This document shows positions 9,335 to 20,077 of a DNA stretch of 64,000 nucleotides, piece by piece. The translations under genes were made by a program, and so were the position numbers. The notes beneath the pieces were generated by a model. It saw only the letters and a program-made list of their open reading frames with translations. It did no database searches and was not told the origin of the DNA. Numbering within the stretch: the stretch's first letter is position 1; each line of letters begins with the position of its first letter. The stretch is from positions 24,948 to 88,947 of IMG/VR virus record IMGVR_UViG_3300037141_000236; one strand, given 5' to 3'. The DNA is from a virus.

Positions 9335-10618
9335 ATGAGCATAGAACGTAAAATTAAAAGAGCAGCAAAGAAATCTGATTTTCAAAAAGCTTTAGATGAC
9401 GGTGCCAAACAACAAAGAGATGCAGGTCTTTCTCTTGAGCAACGTAAAGAAGAACGCTATGAGAAATTAGAGAAGATTTTTTCTCAGTTGGGAGATCGTA
9501 AAAATAGGTATTTGTTTTACGCACCCGACATTCCTTTCCCATGTTCTACTGTTAAAGTAATATACGAACATGCCTACTACTTGAATCAAATGGGGTTCAA
9601 TGCAATTATCCTTCATGAAGTAAAAGGATTTCGCCCGAACTGGATTCAAAAACCAGAACTACTTAAAGAAGCAAAGATCATTTATCTATCTGAGAAAAAG
9701 AAATCAGGTGGATATTCTAAGCCATCATTTGCTTTCTCTCCAACAGATACAATCATTATTCCAGAAGGTTTCTGGACTGTGATGACAGGCTTCGCAGAAA
9801 CAAAGACATTACACAAAGTTGTTATGGCTTTTGGTTATGGAGGATTTGCAACAGCAGAACCTGGAGCGAACTGGGCATCATTAGGATTTACAGATGTACT
9901 TTGTGTTTCAGAACAGTTGAAAGAAGACTATTCTAAACTATGGCCAAACCTTACTTATCATGTGGTAGGTTATGATATTGATAGAGAATTATTTTCTCCT
10001 GTGGATGCGAATCTTATAAAGCCTGAAATTGCTTTATCTTGTCGTAGCAGAGAGGACGCACAATCCCTTATCAATATCTTCTACAGCAAGTATCCTTTCT
10101 TAGATATGTTCCAATTCAAGATTCTAAAGAAGATGGATACAAACGAATATGCAGAGTCACTAAGAACTAGTGCAGCAATGGTATTCGTAGATGAGAAGGC
10201 AGGGCATCCTGCTCCTCCATTAGAAGCGATTGCTTGTGGTGTAACAACTATTGGAGTATTCGGAAGAGGAATGGAACACCTTGTAGATCAAGAAGGATTT
10301 GTATGGCTTCCCTCAAACGATCCATTTATGATTGTGGAAGCAGTAGCGGAATTTTGTGTTAACTGGCTTGAGAACAATGTAAGACCAATCGAAGATAAAG
10401 CGATCCTTGATAAGTATCACACGGATGTAGTAAAGACAAAGCTTCTAAATGTATATGAAGAACTACAAATGAATAAGATCAAGTTATTCACTGCTGTTAA
10501 ACAAGCGGTAGACGAGTCAAAATTGGATACAGCAATAGATACAATGCCAATCGATTTCAAGGCAGACGAAGTAAAAACAGTAGCCGAAGTAATTGCGGAA
10601 ATAAACGAAACAAAATAA
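9335..10618 (+). CDS. GT-B fold glycosyltransferase
   Basis: IIIPE motif and C-terminal E..G.P.PPLEAIACG nucleotide-sugar motif. Confidence 0.75.
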   Translation: MSIERKIKRAAKKSDFQKALDDGAKQQRDAGLSLEQRKEERYEKLEKIFSQLGDRKNRYLFYAPDIPFPCSTVKVIYEHAYYLNQMGFNAIILHEVKGFRPNWIQKPELLKEAKIIYLSEKKKSGGYSKPSFAFSPTDTIIIPEGFWTVMTGFAETKTLHKVVMAFGYGGFATAEPGANWASLGFTDVLCVSEQLKEDYSKLWPNLTYHVVGYDIDRELFSPVDANLIKPEIALSCRSREDAQSLINIFYSKYPFLDMFQFKILKKMDTNEYAESLRTSAAMVFVDEKAGHPAPPLEAIACGVTTIGVFGRGMEHLVDQEGFVWLPSNDPFMIVEAVAEFCVNWLENNVRPIEDKAILDKYHTDVVKTKLLNVYEELQMNKIKLFTAVKQAVDESKLDTAIDTMPIDFKADEVKTVAEVIAEINETK

Positions 10619-10718
10619 TGAAACCATTAACATAATCCCAGCAGAACCAGAGCCTGAAAAGGAATGGTACGAAAAGAAGTAAGTTGATTATAATAACGGT
10701 TATAACGAGATTTAATAA

Positions 10719-10940
10719 ATGGCAGTAATACAACAAGTAAGAACAGCACCCACAAATTGGGTAATTGATTTTACAAAAATCGCAGCGATGTCTGCAACAT
10801 ATGAAGATATGGTTGCAATTAACGAAGCTTGCAAAATTGTAATGGGAATCAGAGGCAATACAATGTCTCAAGGGGAAGCATTAGCTTTTCATTCTCTAAT
10901 TCATTTGGGAGTATTAACAAAGGAACCAATAAAAGAATAA
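10719..10940 (+). CDS. Hypothetical protein
   Basis: ORF in operon. Confidence 0.5.
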   Translation: MAVIQQVRTAPTNWVIDFTKIAAMSATYEDMVAINEACKIVMGIRGNTMSQGEALAFHSLIHLGVLTKEPIKE

Positions 10941-10941
10941 T

Positions 10942-11241
10942 ATGATAACTCATAATTCGGATATAGACACTTTAGAAATCCCTACAAATTATACGTTTCA
11001 AAACAAACTTATATATTTGGCGATACATGAAGTTCTAAAACCATATATCCATGAATCTTGGACTGAGAATACAATCATTACATTAAAGCAAGAATTATCC
11101 GGTAGACTTATAGAAACTTTTAAACTTCCATTTACAAAGATAGAAGTTACGAAGAACGGCAATGAAATAAAAGGGCATATAGAATACACCGGAGGCAATC
11201 CTTTAGAATTTATCTTATCAAACAAACACAATGAAAATTAA
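10942..11241 (+). CDS. Hypothetical protein
   Basis: ORF in operon. Confidence 0.5.
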   Translation: MITHNSDIDTLEIPTNYTFQNKLIYLAIHEVLKPYIHESWTENTIITLKQELSGRLIETFKLPFTKIEVTKNGNEIKGHIEYTGGNPLEFILSNKHNEN

Positions 11242-11896
11242 TTATATCGTTACCACAACCTCTACAATTGAAGTATCAGAAGAAACTAGACAATCTATTG
11301 AACGCAATCTACAACCTGGAGATACTTATAACGTTGCCATATTCAATGATACTATTAACGAAGAGACTTCTTTAAATCAGATAATTTCTACATTAGGAGA
11401 CGATGGATATATTGTACTTGTTAACGATGGAAGTATTGTAAGGGAATTTGCTTCAGACATTTACGCTAAGTATGCGGATCTAGGAACTGATGATAAAGGC
11501 CCAATGGAAGTAATTAAACTTCCCATTGTAGAGCTTTGCACTCCCGTTGAAAAAGCAGCTCCTCATTTTAAAGGATTCCTCAATGCTTCAATCTGGAAAC
11601 CATACTTTGCAGAAAACGTAGGAGAACTTGATTTAACGTTGGCAACACGTGGAATCGACTTACTTCTTTATGGAGCCTTGATTCCTACAGTAATCGCAAA
11701 GAAACACGCATTCAATACAACATTAAAATATTATTCCTTCTTTGAATTCTTGAGCCGTCTTATTCGCGCTGACATTCCCGTTCTAGGGATCCCGAAAATA
11801 ACTTTGAAATGTATCAAAGATTACGAACTCAAGGATGTGCCGCAAGAAGAAAAACTTTTGCACTTTAGAGCAGCACAAGCCTCTCAATCAGCTTAA
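11231..11896 (+). CDS. Divergent GT-A (GT2-like) glycosyltransferase-like protein
   Basis: YIVLVNDG (DxD-like), LPIV, FEFL.RL....IPKI; near the GT-B gene. Confidence 0.45.
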   Translation: MKINYIVTTTSTIEVSEETRQSIERNLQPGDTYNVAIFNDTINEETSLNQIISTLGDDGYIVLVNDGSIVREFASDIYAKYADLGTDDKGPMEVIKLPIVELCTPVEKAAPHFKGFLNASIWKPYFAENVGELDLTLATRGIDLLLYGALIPTVIAKKHAFNTTLKYYSFFEFLSRLIRADIPVLGIPKITLKCIKDYELKDVPQEEKLLHFRAAQASQSA

Positions 11897-12471
11897 TGCT
11901 CCCAAGAAGATCCAAGCCGAAGTTTAAACTTCCTTCGGTACACAGTAAAAAGATAGGCCCTCCACCTCCGTTTGTCCCAGAGGAAGAGAAAACGCTTGAA
12001 CAAATGTTGCCATCAAAAGACTTGGCAGCACTTAATAAAGCGTTGGAACAAATCCGTTCCGAAATATTCCATACAGAATCTACAGGCGAAGAGATAATTA
12101 ATCCATCAGGAACATTATCTTATTCATTAACCATCGATGGCAGTGTCCATTTCGATCCAGGACAAGTATCCAACGTTAAGATGAATGTTGAAACTAAAGG
12201 TGGTTTCGGTAATCCTGCAGCCCGAGAGGCATGTGTTGTGAATATTACAATGCATACTGATCTCGAGGGAGCAGAAGCAATCAAAGAGATATTCAATAAC
12301 TATATGACTGCAGGTGTACACCAATATACTGTACGTTTATATAAAGGAATCATATTATTCAGATCAATACAATTATACGACGCAAGAATAACTAACTACT
12401 TCACAGAAATAGATCCTGCCGGGAATGTCACAATCAATATTACGCTTCAGCCAGGCTTTTGGCACATCTAA
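11896..12471 (+). CDS. Hypothetical protein
   Basis: Pro/Lys-rich N-terminus, beta-rich C-terminus. Confidence 0.5.
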   Translation: MLPRRSKPKFKLPSVHSKKIGPPPPFVPEEEKTLEQMLPSKDLAALNKALEQIRSEIFHTESTGEEIINPSGTLSYSLTIDGSVHFDPGQVSNVKMNVETKGGFGNPAAREACVVNITMHTDLEGAEAIKEIFNNYMTAGVHQYTVRLYKGIILFRSIQLYDARITNYFTEIDPAGNVTINITLQPGFWHI

Positions 12472-12480
12472 TACGAATTA

Positions 12481-13278
12481 ATGCATGCGAATCAAAACGA
12501 AAATAAAGAAGTAAAGGTTGAAGTTGAGGTGAAAGTTCCTGCAAAACGCGGAAGGAAACCAAAACCTGGCTCAGTTAACCCAAAAAGTTACTTTGCCGAA
12601 GTACAAGAACAAGCTATCAAAGATTATTTGAGTGGCAATCTTTCAACTGCTCAGAAGAATAAAGTCTTTGAGACAATTATTGATCCTTGCTTAAAGAAAC
12701 TTGTGGATGGTGTCATGACCATGCCTATGTTTCAAAAGATTATAGGTATTAATAGAGATCAATTAAAGGAAGACGCATACTACCACGTAATATTCCAACT
12801 AGATAAGTTCAATCCTAATAAAATAGGTAAGTCAGGCGATCCTGTAAGAGCTTATTCCTACCTGGGAACAGTTGTAAAACACTATATTCTTGGCTTAAAG
12901 ATCCAAAATGATGGATACATCGCCAAACATGGTGGAGTTCTTGATGTGGATGAAATTGGCGAACATATCCCCGACAACAGACGTAATCCAGAAGAGTTTG
13001 AAGAACTTAAAAAGGGTCTTGTAGCACAGTTAGAGAAGACTGTGGAAACAAAACGTCTTAATAAAAACGACCTAATCGTTGGAAACACACTAAAATATAT
13101 GCTTTCCAACTGGCATAGGCTCGAATTCCAAAGTAAAAATGAGTTTGTAAGGCTTCTGTGCCATTATACTCAATTGAATCCACCAGTAGTGGCACGTAGT
13201 CTAAAGAAATATAAGTCTTTGGTATATGATATGCTAGTCCAACCAAAAGGTAAATCTAAGAAGAAACAGAAGAAGTAA
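12481..13278 (+). CDS. Putative divergent (gp55-like) late sigma factor
   Basis: YF...QEQAI..Y start and LDKFNP.K...AYSYLGTVVKHY region-2-like segment; just upstream of the baseplate operon. Confidence 0.55.
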   Translation: MHANQNENKEVKVEVEVKVPAKRGRKPKPGSVNPKSYFAEVQEQAIKDYLSGNLSTAQKNKVFETIIDPCLKKLVDGVMTMPMFQKIIGINRDQLKEDAYYHVIFQLDKFNPNKIGKSGDPVRAYSYLGTVVKHYILGLKIQNDGYIAKHGGVLDVDEIGEHIPDNRRNPEEFEELKKGLVAQLEKTVETKRLNKNDLIVGNTLKYMLSNWHRLEFQSKNEFVRLLCHYTQLNPPVVARSLKKYKSLVYDMLVQPKGKSKKKQKK

Positions 13279-13306
13279 CTTCCTATTTATTATTAAACCA
13301 TAATAA

Positions 13307-13654
13307 ATGATAAAAAAGAGAGAAGATGTACAAGTTTCATCGTCTGGATTAGAAACACTTTTAAATAAAATATTAGAAGCATGCGAAGCAGACATAGAAG
13401 AAACAGAACAAAACATAGCCTTTTACAAGTCACAAGTAATGAATGACGTCAATGGAAAGGAAATGTACGGAACGTATCTAAATGATGCTTTAAAAATTAA
13501 AGGACAAGCGAGAGATAGATATATTAAAATCATTAATATATGGAAAGATCGTGTTAAGGTTAAAGAAATCTTGGAAAAGGCTTCTGGAACTGATGAAAGC
13601 CCTGAGAATTTACTTAAAGCTATTGACGAATTTTTTGAAACTGAACAGGACTAA
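13307..13654 (+). CDS. Hypothetical helical protein
   Basis: ORF after TATTTA box at 13284. Confidence 0.55.
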   Translation: MIKKREDVQVSSSGLETLLNKILEACEADIEETEQNIAFYKSQVMNDVNGKEMYGTYLNDALKIKGQARDRYIKIINIWKDRVKVKEILEKASGTDESPENLLKAIDEFFETEQD

Positions 13655-13830
13655 TGGATAATCAATTTTCAACAATCACAGAAGAAGAATTAAGACAACG
13701 AGTATCTCGCTTAGCTTCACAAGCCGCAGGAGTGAGACAGAATGTTTTAAAAGAATGCGACAACCTTGAGAATCTTTATAAGGAGATTCTTAAGTTAAGA
13801 AAAGAAATGGCTGACAGAGTCAAAGGATAA
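13654..13830 (+). CDS. Small coiled-coil protein (58 aa; not in ORF track)
   Basis: MDNQFSTITEEELRQRVSRL...ADRVKG*; TAATG coupling at both ends. Confidence 0.6.
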   Translation: MDNQFSTITEEELRQRVSRLASQAAGVRQNVLKECDNLENLYKEILKLRKEMADRVKG

Positions 13831-14762
13831 TGGAACCAAATAGGATAACCTCCGGTAGGCCGAAAGACTTACTTAAAACAAAAATGACGGATCTTACCAT
13901 CAACCACGAAAACTCGGGGCTTGGTAGGACTTTCTTTTTGGGTCAGGTTATTGATTCGAAAGATCCATCAAATGCAAATAGATTAAGAATTCGTATTCCT
14001 TTATTAGATAATCCTTTTTATGTAGATGACTCAGGTAACTTAACTACAACATCTGGACACGATAAACTTCCATGGTGCATTTCTGCTCATGGAAGAATGA
14101 TTGACACTCCTGAAAATAATAGCGTAGTACTCGTAGCTTTATTCGATCCGGCGAATCCAATGATGGGAAGAGTATGGTTCAGCGCAGTGCCTGAGCTATC
14201 AGCAACAGATATCTTTGATCAAACTCGTTTACAGCCAGAACAAGATTCTGGAGCTTGGAAGAATGCGGAGACATCCATTAATACAAAATATGGTAATACC
14301 CCAACTGTTGCAGGCCGACCAGCTTTACAAAGTAAAGCAAGGCAAACTAATCCTAGCGTGGGAATAAGAGGTAAAGATAATAACAAACTACTATTTGAAA
14401 CGGGCAAAACTACACTTATACAGAACCAAGGAGTGAATAACAAGACCACTTTAATTGAAATGACAGATAATTTAATGGTTATGAGTCAGCAATTGAGTAT
14501 TCTATCAAGTCAATCTAATAAAAGACTTCATCCTGTGTTGGGTGATCCTTTATTTACCTTCATGAGAAGTCAATTGGATCTATTGAATCAAATTGTTATT
14601 TTATTAAACACTTCTCCAGGCATCGGTAATAATGGGTATGCAGTTGCACCAGCAGTAACAGCACCGAATATACAGGCAGCGTATCAGAAGCTTACAGCAG
14701 ACTTTGATATATTGAAACAATTGGGAGAAGGACAAGCTAAGAATATAACCATCTCAGCATAA
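13830..14762 (+). CDS. Baseplate spike / gp5-like OB-fold protein
   Basis: GQVIDSKDP..ANRLRIRIP...LPW...P.....VLV gp5/VgrG OB motif. Confidence 0.8.
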   Translation: MEPNRITSGRPKDLLKTKMTDLTINHENSGLGRTFFLGQVIDSKDPSNANRLRIRIPLLDNPFYVDDSGNLTTTSGHDKLPWCISAHGRMIDTPENNSVVLVALFDPANPMMGRVWFSAVPELSATDIFDQTRLQPEQDSGAWKNAETSINTKYGNTPTVAGRPALQSKARQTNPSVGIRGKDNNKLLFETGKTTLIQNQGVNNKTTLIEMTDNLMVMSQQLSILSSQSNKRLHPVLGDPLFTFMRSQLDLLNQIVILLNTSPGIGNNGYAVAPAVTAPNIQAAYQKLTADFDILKQLGEGQAKNITISA

Positions 14763-15106
14763 TGTTAAGACAGACAGGAATAGAGAATAGATTGATTACA
14801 TTGGCGTCTCAGATAACACAGTTATTGACGCCGGGAATCCCTTTGTCTGATAAAGCTAGAGAGATTGCTAGACTTAATGCCATTGCAACGACAGAAACGA
14901 AAGATTCAGGATTTGTACCGGTAACTTTTGGCAATACGTTTATCTTCCCACACAATTTAGGTTATACGCCGAGTGTAACTTTGATTGTAGGATTCAGACA
15001 GCCATCAGATTTCCCTTACATTTCAGCAATAGATGATAATACTGTCACAGTAACGTGTGCATCGAATAATATTAATCCAACATTAATAAGAGTAATCTGT
15101 CATTAA
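14762..15106 (+). CDS. Small virion/baseplate-associated protein
   Basis: HNLGYTPSV motif; sits in the baseplate operon. Confidence 0.5.
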   Translation: MLRQTGIENRLITLASQITQLLTPGIPLSDKAREIARLNAIATTETKDSGFVPVTFGNTFIFPHNLGYTPSVTLIVGFRQPSDFPYISAIDDNTVTVTCASNNINPTLIRVICH

Positions 15107-15481
15107 ATGGCTAAACCTAGTGCTTCGCTTCATTTTCCTTTTACAGAGGATCTCAATACGCACTCTTTATCAAGGGCGACGACTCCTAATGATGCGATAC
15201 AAAGCGCAATAACCGCGTTTTTACTAACGGAGAAGGGCCAACGTAGAGGTAATGCGATTGGGAGCTTTCTCCCCACATTACAACACCAATTAATTCCTTC
15301 ATCTGCTTTACCAGGATTTGCAGATGAACTACAATCAGAGCTACAACAACAATTTCCTGGAATCATATTTAATGATATTACATTAACACAAAATTTAGAT
15401 GATCAAGTTGCTAATTTAGAAGTATCAATTACGTTTTCAACTCCCATCACCGATGTCACCCAATTTTCGATAATCATATAA
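15107..15481 (+). CDS. gp25-like baseplate wedge protein
   Basis: FPF...AI...LLTEKGQR...GS.L motif. Confidence 0.82.
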   Translation: MAKPSASLHFPFTEDLNTHSLSRATTPNDAIQSAITAFLLTEKGQRRGNAIGSFLPTLQHQLIPSSALPGFADELQSELQQQFPGIIFNDITLTQNLDDQVANLEVSITFSTPITDVTQFSIII

Positions 15482-17685
15482 TGGCAACAGTATCAACTAA
15501 TCCAACGGTAGCAACTCCTTCTTCTACAGCAGGAACTCAAATTAACTATTTGAGTCGTGACTTTAATTCTATCCGTGCGGATTTAATAAACTGGAGTAAG
15601 TTATACCATCCTGACAAATTTATCTTTATAAACGACGCCACGCCTGATATGATGTATCTAGAAATGGTTGCATTCGTGGGAGATATGCTTTCTTTCTATA
15701 CAGATAAAACATTTAACGAATCATTCTTATCAACAGCTCAAGCTGCAGAATCAATTACTCGCATTGCCAAAGACCTGGGATTCTTTGAAACAGGTTCTAC
15801 TCCTGCACAAACACAAGTAACACTTACATTAACTGTTCCTTTTGTTACAATTAGTGGAGTTGTACAGCCAGACCCTGATTATTTAGTATCTATTAAATCA
15901 GGGATGGCTTTGCAATCAGATAGTGGAGTAAGTTTTGAAGTATTAGAAGAAGTTAACTTTGCAGACCAATTTAATAGAAATGTTATTCCTAATTTGGATG
16001 GTAATAATCTAATTATAAATTTCACCATAACTAAAACAGCTGTGGCGATTGCAGGACAAACGAAAATACAACGTTTCTTTGTATCCAATAACTTAGCAAA
16101 ACCTTTCTTAGTTGTTACAATGGACGATCAAGACATTACACAAATTGTAAGTATCTTGAATGTCCCCACAAATACATTCGTTGCTCCAATAGATGATGAC
16201 TTCAATGATCCTAATAAGACTTGGACAGAAGTAAGAGCTCTTTCTGATTCCACAGCATTTTTACCTTTAAGTCCGACAACAGTATCGACACAAGCTTTAG
16301 CTAGTTTCATTACTCCTGCAGTTCAACAAGGGGTTGATACTCCTATATCTAAAAGATTTATTGTTCGTAGAGATGTGAACGATATTGTTTCCTTAACATT
16401 TGGATCAAGCAGCACGTCATTTGCGTCATTTAACAATATGATTCAGACCGCGGTGGATCCAAACACTGTTTCTTTCAACCAAGTATTAAATAATACTTCT
16501 TTGGGAGAGATTCCTTTACCTAATTCAACCTTATTCATTAAGTATAGAGTAGGTGGTGGTGAACAAACGAATATTATTACAGGACAATTGAATACAATAG
16601 TTGCAAAGAACTTCTTTCCAGCAAGCCCTACTGCAAACTTAACAATCTTACAACAAGTAAGAAATTCATTATCTGTAGCCAATTTAATTCCGGCACTTGG
16701 TGGTAAAGACGTACCTTCAAGTGAAGAGATAAGAGTTACTGCTGGAAAAGTATTCGCAGCACAAGACAGAGCTGTTACTTATGAAGACGTTAAAGCTATT
16801 CTAAGTACAATGCCTCCAGAATTTGGAAGGCCATTTAGAATTTCATATGAAGAAATGAAACCTATGGTGGCTAACTTCCAACAAGTAGAAAATGGTGTTA
16901 ACACCTTGATGGCAAATCTATTAGCTGATCCAACAGCAATTGGTAGGCAATTGATTGCACAACAAATATCCAGCTTCATGGCAAATCTAAGAACAGGAAC
17001 AGCTATGATTGGAGCAAGTAACGTTGTATCTACATTGGATGCTGTATCGTTACAATTACTGGGCCAACTTCCAACATTATGGATTGGAGAAAAAGCAAGG
17101 TTATATGTATTAGGTATCGATGAATCAGGGCAATTACTTACAGCGTTCAAAGATCCTACAAGTGGATTATTTATATCTCCAAATCAATTATTAAAACAAA
17201 ACATACAACAGTTTCTTATTTCTAAAAGAGTAATAGGAGATTGGATTGATGTTGTGGATGCAAGAGTAGTAAACTTTCAAGTAGAATTTACAGTATTAAC
17301 AGACAAGAAGAATAAACAACAAGTGTTAGTTGACTGTTTAAATAAGTTAAGAGATTATTTCAATTCAAATAATTGGAACATCAATCAGCCTATTATGATA
17401 GCAAATGTCGTTACTGCTCTTCAGGAAATTAATGGAGTAGTCAATGTCGTTGACATTAGCTTTTATAACATATTTGGGTTAGGAAATGCGAGTCAAGACC
17501 CTGTCAGTGGCAGAGTTTATCAACCGGTTGAAAGTGGAAGATATAGAAACAATAGCCCTATACCAGCTTCTGTTGCAAATAATAGGTATCTTATGATGCC
17601 CGTGAATAACATAATTGTTTCTTACCCAGATCAGCAGTTCGAAATCCGATTTCCGGAAAGTGACCTCATAGCCAAAGCTTTATAG
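15481..17685 (+). CDS. gp6/baseplate-J-like wedge subunit
   Basis: YLSRDFNSIR.DL, GDMLSFY.D, GG.D.PS.EEIR, AQDRAVT.ED. Confidence 0.88.
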   Translation: MATVSTNPTVATPSSTAGTQINYLSRDFNSIRADLINWSKLYHPDKFIFINDATPDMMYLEMVAFVGDMLSFYTDKTFNESFLSTAQAAESITRIAKDLGFFETGSTPAQTQVTLTLTVPFVTISGVVQPDPDYLVSIKSGMALQSDSGVSFEVLEEVNFADQFNRNVIPNLDGNNLIINFTITKTAVAIAGQTKIQRFFVSNNLAKPFLVVTMDDQDITQIVSILNVPTNTFVAPIDDDFNDPNKTWTEVRALSDSTAFLPLSPTTVSTQALASFITPAVQQGVDTPISKRFIVRRDVNDIVSLTFGSSSTSFASFNNMIQTAVDPNTVSFNQVLNNTSLGEIPLPNSTLFIKYRVGGGEQTNIITGQLNTIVAKNFFPASPTANLTILQQVRNSLSVANLIPALGGKDVPSSEEIRVTAGKVFAAQDRAVTYEDVKAILSTMPPEFGRPFRISYEEMKPMVANFQQVENGVNTLMANLLADPTAIGRQLIAQQISSFMANLRTGTAMIGASNVVSTLDAVSLQLLGQLPTLWIGEKARLYVLGIDESGQLLTAFKDPTSGLFISPNQLLKQNIQQFLISKRVIGDWIDVVDARVVNFQVEFTVLTDKKNKQQVLVDCLNKLRDYFNSNNWNINQPIMIANVVTALQEINGVVNVVDISFYNIFGLGNASQDPVSGRVYQPVESGRYRNNSPIPASVANNRYLMMPVNNIIVSYPDQQFEIRFPESDLIAKAL

Positions 17686-17787
17686 AAATAATAGTACTAA
17701 ATTATAAAGGTATCATTGCAAAGGCACTGTAATTGTAACTTCCTTTTATTTTATTGATATTTAATAAGAACAGCATATTAATCTAAA

Positions 17788-18513
17788 ATGAGTAAAGCAA
17801 ATAATAAAGCTAAACCCAAATATATCCGTGAAGAGGACGTTGCACGTGAATTTCTAAGTATTAATAAAGAACTAAAACTTACTGATAAACAGAAGCAATT
17901 AGTTAAACAGATTGAGCAAGACAAGATTGTTATTGTTACTGGCCCCGCCGGAACGTCAAAAACGTGGGTCTCTTGTTACTCCAGCATACAATTACTAAAG
18001 AAGAATAAGATTTCTAAGATTATTCTTTGTAAACCTACCGTTATTACATCAGGCTCTGTGGATCTTGGAGCTCTTCCTGGAGAATTATCTGACAAAATTG
18101 GGCCATTTGCTGAAAGTTTCTATCAAAATTTCAGTGAGATCATCCCTGCACATGATTTAAAATCATTAATAGAATCTAAAGCTATTGAATTTGTACCTGT
18201 GCAGTTTATGCGTGGATATACTTTTAAGAAAAACACAATAGTGTTAGTGGATGAATTCCAAAATTTTCATTTTAACGAATTATATACTATCGTTACAAGA
18301 TTAGGTAAGGATTCTAAAATTGTCTTTGCGGGAGATGCTACACAAAATGACATTAAATTAAAGTATTTAGCGGTAGCTAAATTTCAAAAGCTTTTGGAAG
18401 ATTTACCTGGAATTTCTAATTTTGAGTTTGATCGTTCTGATAATATGCGTGATCCTTTATTGGTTGAAATCACGGATCGTTACGAAAAAATGAACGATGA
18501 TGAAAAAAAGTAA
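17788..18513 (+). CDS. phoH: PhoH-family ATPase
   Basis: GPAGTSKT, LGALPG, FMRGYTF, DEFQN, TRLG, GD..Q.D. Confidence 0.93.
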   Translation: MSKANNKAKPKYIREEDVAREFLSINKELKLTDKQKQLVKQIEQDKIVIVTGPAGTSKTWVSCYSSIQLLKKNKISKIILCKPTVITSGSVDLGALPGELSDKIGPFAESFYQNFSEIIPAHDLKSLIESKAIEFVPVQFMRGYTFKKNTIVLVDEFQNFHFNELYTIVTRLGKDSKIVFAGDATQNDIKLKYLAVAKFQKLLEDLPGISNFEFDRSDNMRDPLLVEITDRYEKMNDDEKK

Positions 18514-18712
18514 AACAGACAGAAAACATACAAAAGAGTCTGTTGGGCAAATTGTGAAAAATTATACTCATATGGAAGATTTAATTAGAGAACAAGCAGG
18601 CTGTTATCAACATTGTCTAAAAAACAAAAAGACTGATCTTTTAAAGGGTTTAAAATACAAATTAGAAAGATCAAACGGTCGAATTAAGAATTAATAGGTA
18701 TTTATAGAAGTA

Positions 18713-19360
18713 ATGCTACTACAAGAAGCCACATACCAAGATAACATTGATCAATTGAATAAAGTATTAGCTTACTTATTCAATCATCAGCAGATGTCTT
18801 ATATCCAAAAACAAACTTGGGATAAGATATTGAAAGAGCCTGATCTTGTTACAAAGTATCAAAAGCTTATGACCTTCTATAATGATAAGAAGAATAAGTT
18901 TCCTGATGCAAGAGAGATTCTTAAGAAATCAGCTCCAGAGATAAAGCCTGCCGGTGCTAAAGCAGAGCCTCTTTCTCCAGCCGGTGGAATTTCTCCTGAA
19001 CGTATGGAACAACAGATTAAATATTACAATTATGCCATTCGTACATTGAGAGACAATAAGCAAATGTCTAACGAACAATGGAGACAATATGTTGGAATAG
19101 GTAAAGAAGCTAAAGACCAAGAGGGTTTATTGCTTGCATTAAGTCAATTCTATAAAAACAATAAGTTTCCAAAAGCTAGTGACGTTGTAAAGCAAGCGCA
19201 AGCAGCATATCAACAAAAAGCCAATGCCGCCAAAGCATCAACTGGTGCAGTCGCTACCGGGTTAGACACATCTAAATTCTCGCCAGAGAAACAAAAGATA
19301 ATTGACTCATATATAAATTACCTTCAACAGATCACGGGTCGCAAAGTTGTATTTCAATAA
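18713..19360 (+). CDS. Hypothetical protein, possible head-associated protein
   Basis: MLLQEA start after TATTTA box; internal repeat (FY..K.NKFP.A / FYKNNKFPKA). Confidence 0.55.
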   Translation: MLLQEATYQDNIDQLNKVLAYLFNHQQMSYIQKQTWDKILKEPDLVTKYQKLMTFYNDKKNKFPDAREILKKSAPEIKPAGAKAEPLSPAGGISPERMEQQIKYYNYAIRTLRDNKQMSNEQWRQYVGIGKEAKDQEGLLLALSQFYKNNKFPKASDVVKQAQAAYQQKANAAKASTGAVATGLDTSKFSPEKQKIIDSYINYLQQITGRKVVFQ

Positions 19361-20077
19361 ATGAGAGAATCATATTGTGTTTATTTTCACATTAACCCTA
19401 TTAAACAAGAAGTATTTTATGTAGGTATTGGAAATTCCAAAAGACCTTACAAAAAACAAGGTCGTTCTAAATTATGGGTAAACACTGTGAATAAGTATAG
19501 TCATGATATTATCATTATTCATAAAAATCTTTCTTGGTCCGAAGCAAGTCAGTTGGAAATACAATATATTAAACAAATAGGTCGTAAAGATTTAGGTAAA
19601 GGTTCTTTAGTAAACCTATCCTCAGGTGGTGAAGGTGCTATTGGTGTTAAGCGTTCTGACGAACAAAAACAAAAAATTCGTTTAAAACTAACAGGATATA
19701 AACACTCTAAAGAAGCATGTGAAAACATGGGCAAGTCTCGCTTAGGTAAACTGCGTCCGCACAAAGAAGAAACAAAACGTAAAATAGGTTTAGCTCATGT
19801 AGGAAAGAAACTTACTCAAGAACATAAAGATAATATTCGAACTGCTCGAACCGGTTGGGTTTATTCAGAAGAATCAAAACAAAAGATAAGCCAATCTAAA
19901 ATGGGTCACACTACGTCTTTCGAAGCTAAAGCCAAAATGCGCGCAGCAAAGTTGGGTATTAAGAATGGCCCACATTCAGAAGAAACTAAACGAAAAATGT
20001 CATTAGCCAAAATAGAAGGCTATAAAAGAAGAAAACTTTTAAAGGAATTAACAGAACAGAAGGTCACATTTGCTTAA
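19361..20077 (+). CDS. Free-standing GIY-YIG homing endonuclease with NUMOD3 repeats
   Basis: YCVYFH...VFYVGIG...R, LVNLSSGGEG, repeated HSEETKRKMS-type units. Confidence 0.88.
   Translation: MRESYCVYFHINPIKQEVFYVGIGNSKRPYKKQGRSKLWVNTVNKYSHDIIIIHKNLSWSEASQLEIQYIKQIGRKDLGKGSLVNLSSGGEGAIGVKRSDEQKQKIRLKLTGYKHSKEACENMGKSRLGKLRPHKEETKRKIGLAHVGKKLTQEHKDNIRTARTGWVYSEESKQKISQSKMGHTTSFEAKAKMRAAKLGIKNGPHSEETKRKMSLAKIEGYKRRKLLKELTEQKVTFA

Noticed and set aside
11896-12471. Tail-tube (gp19-like) assignment
   Set aside because: Only a vague beta-strand pattern; not enough to call.
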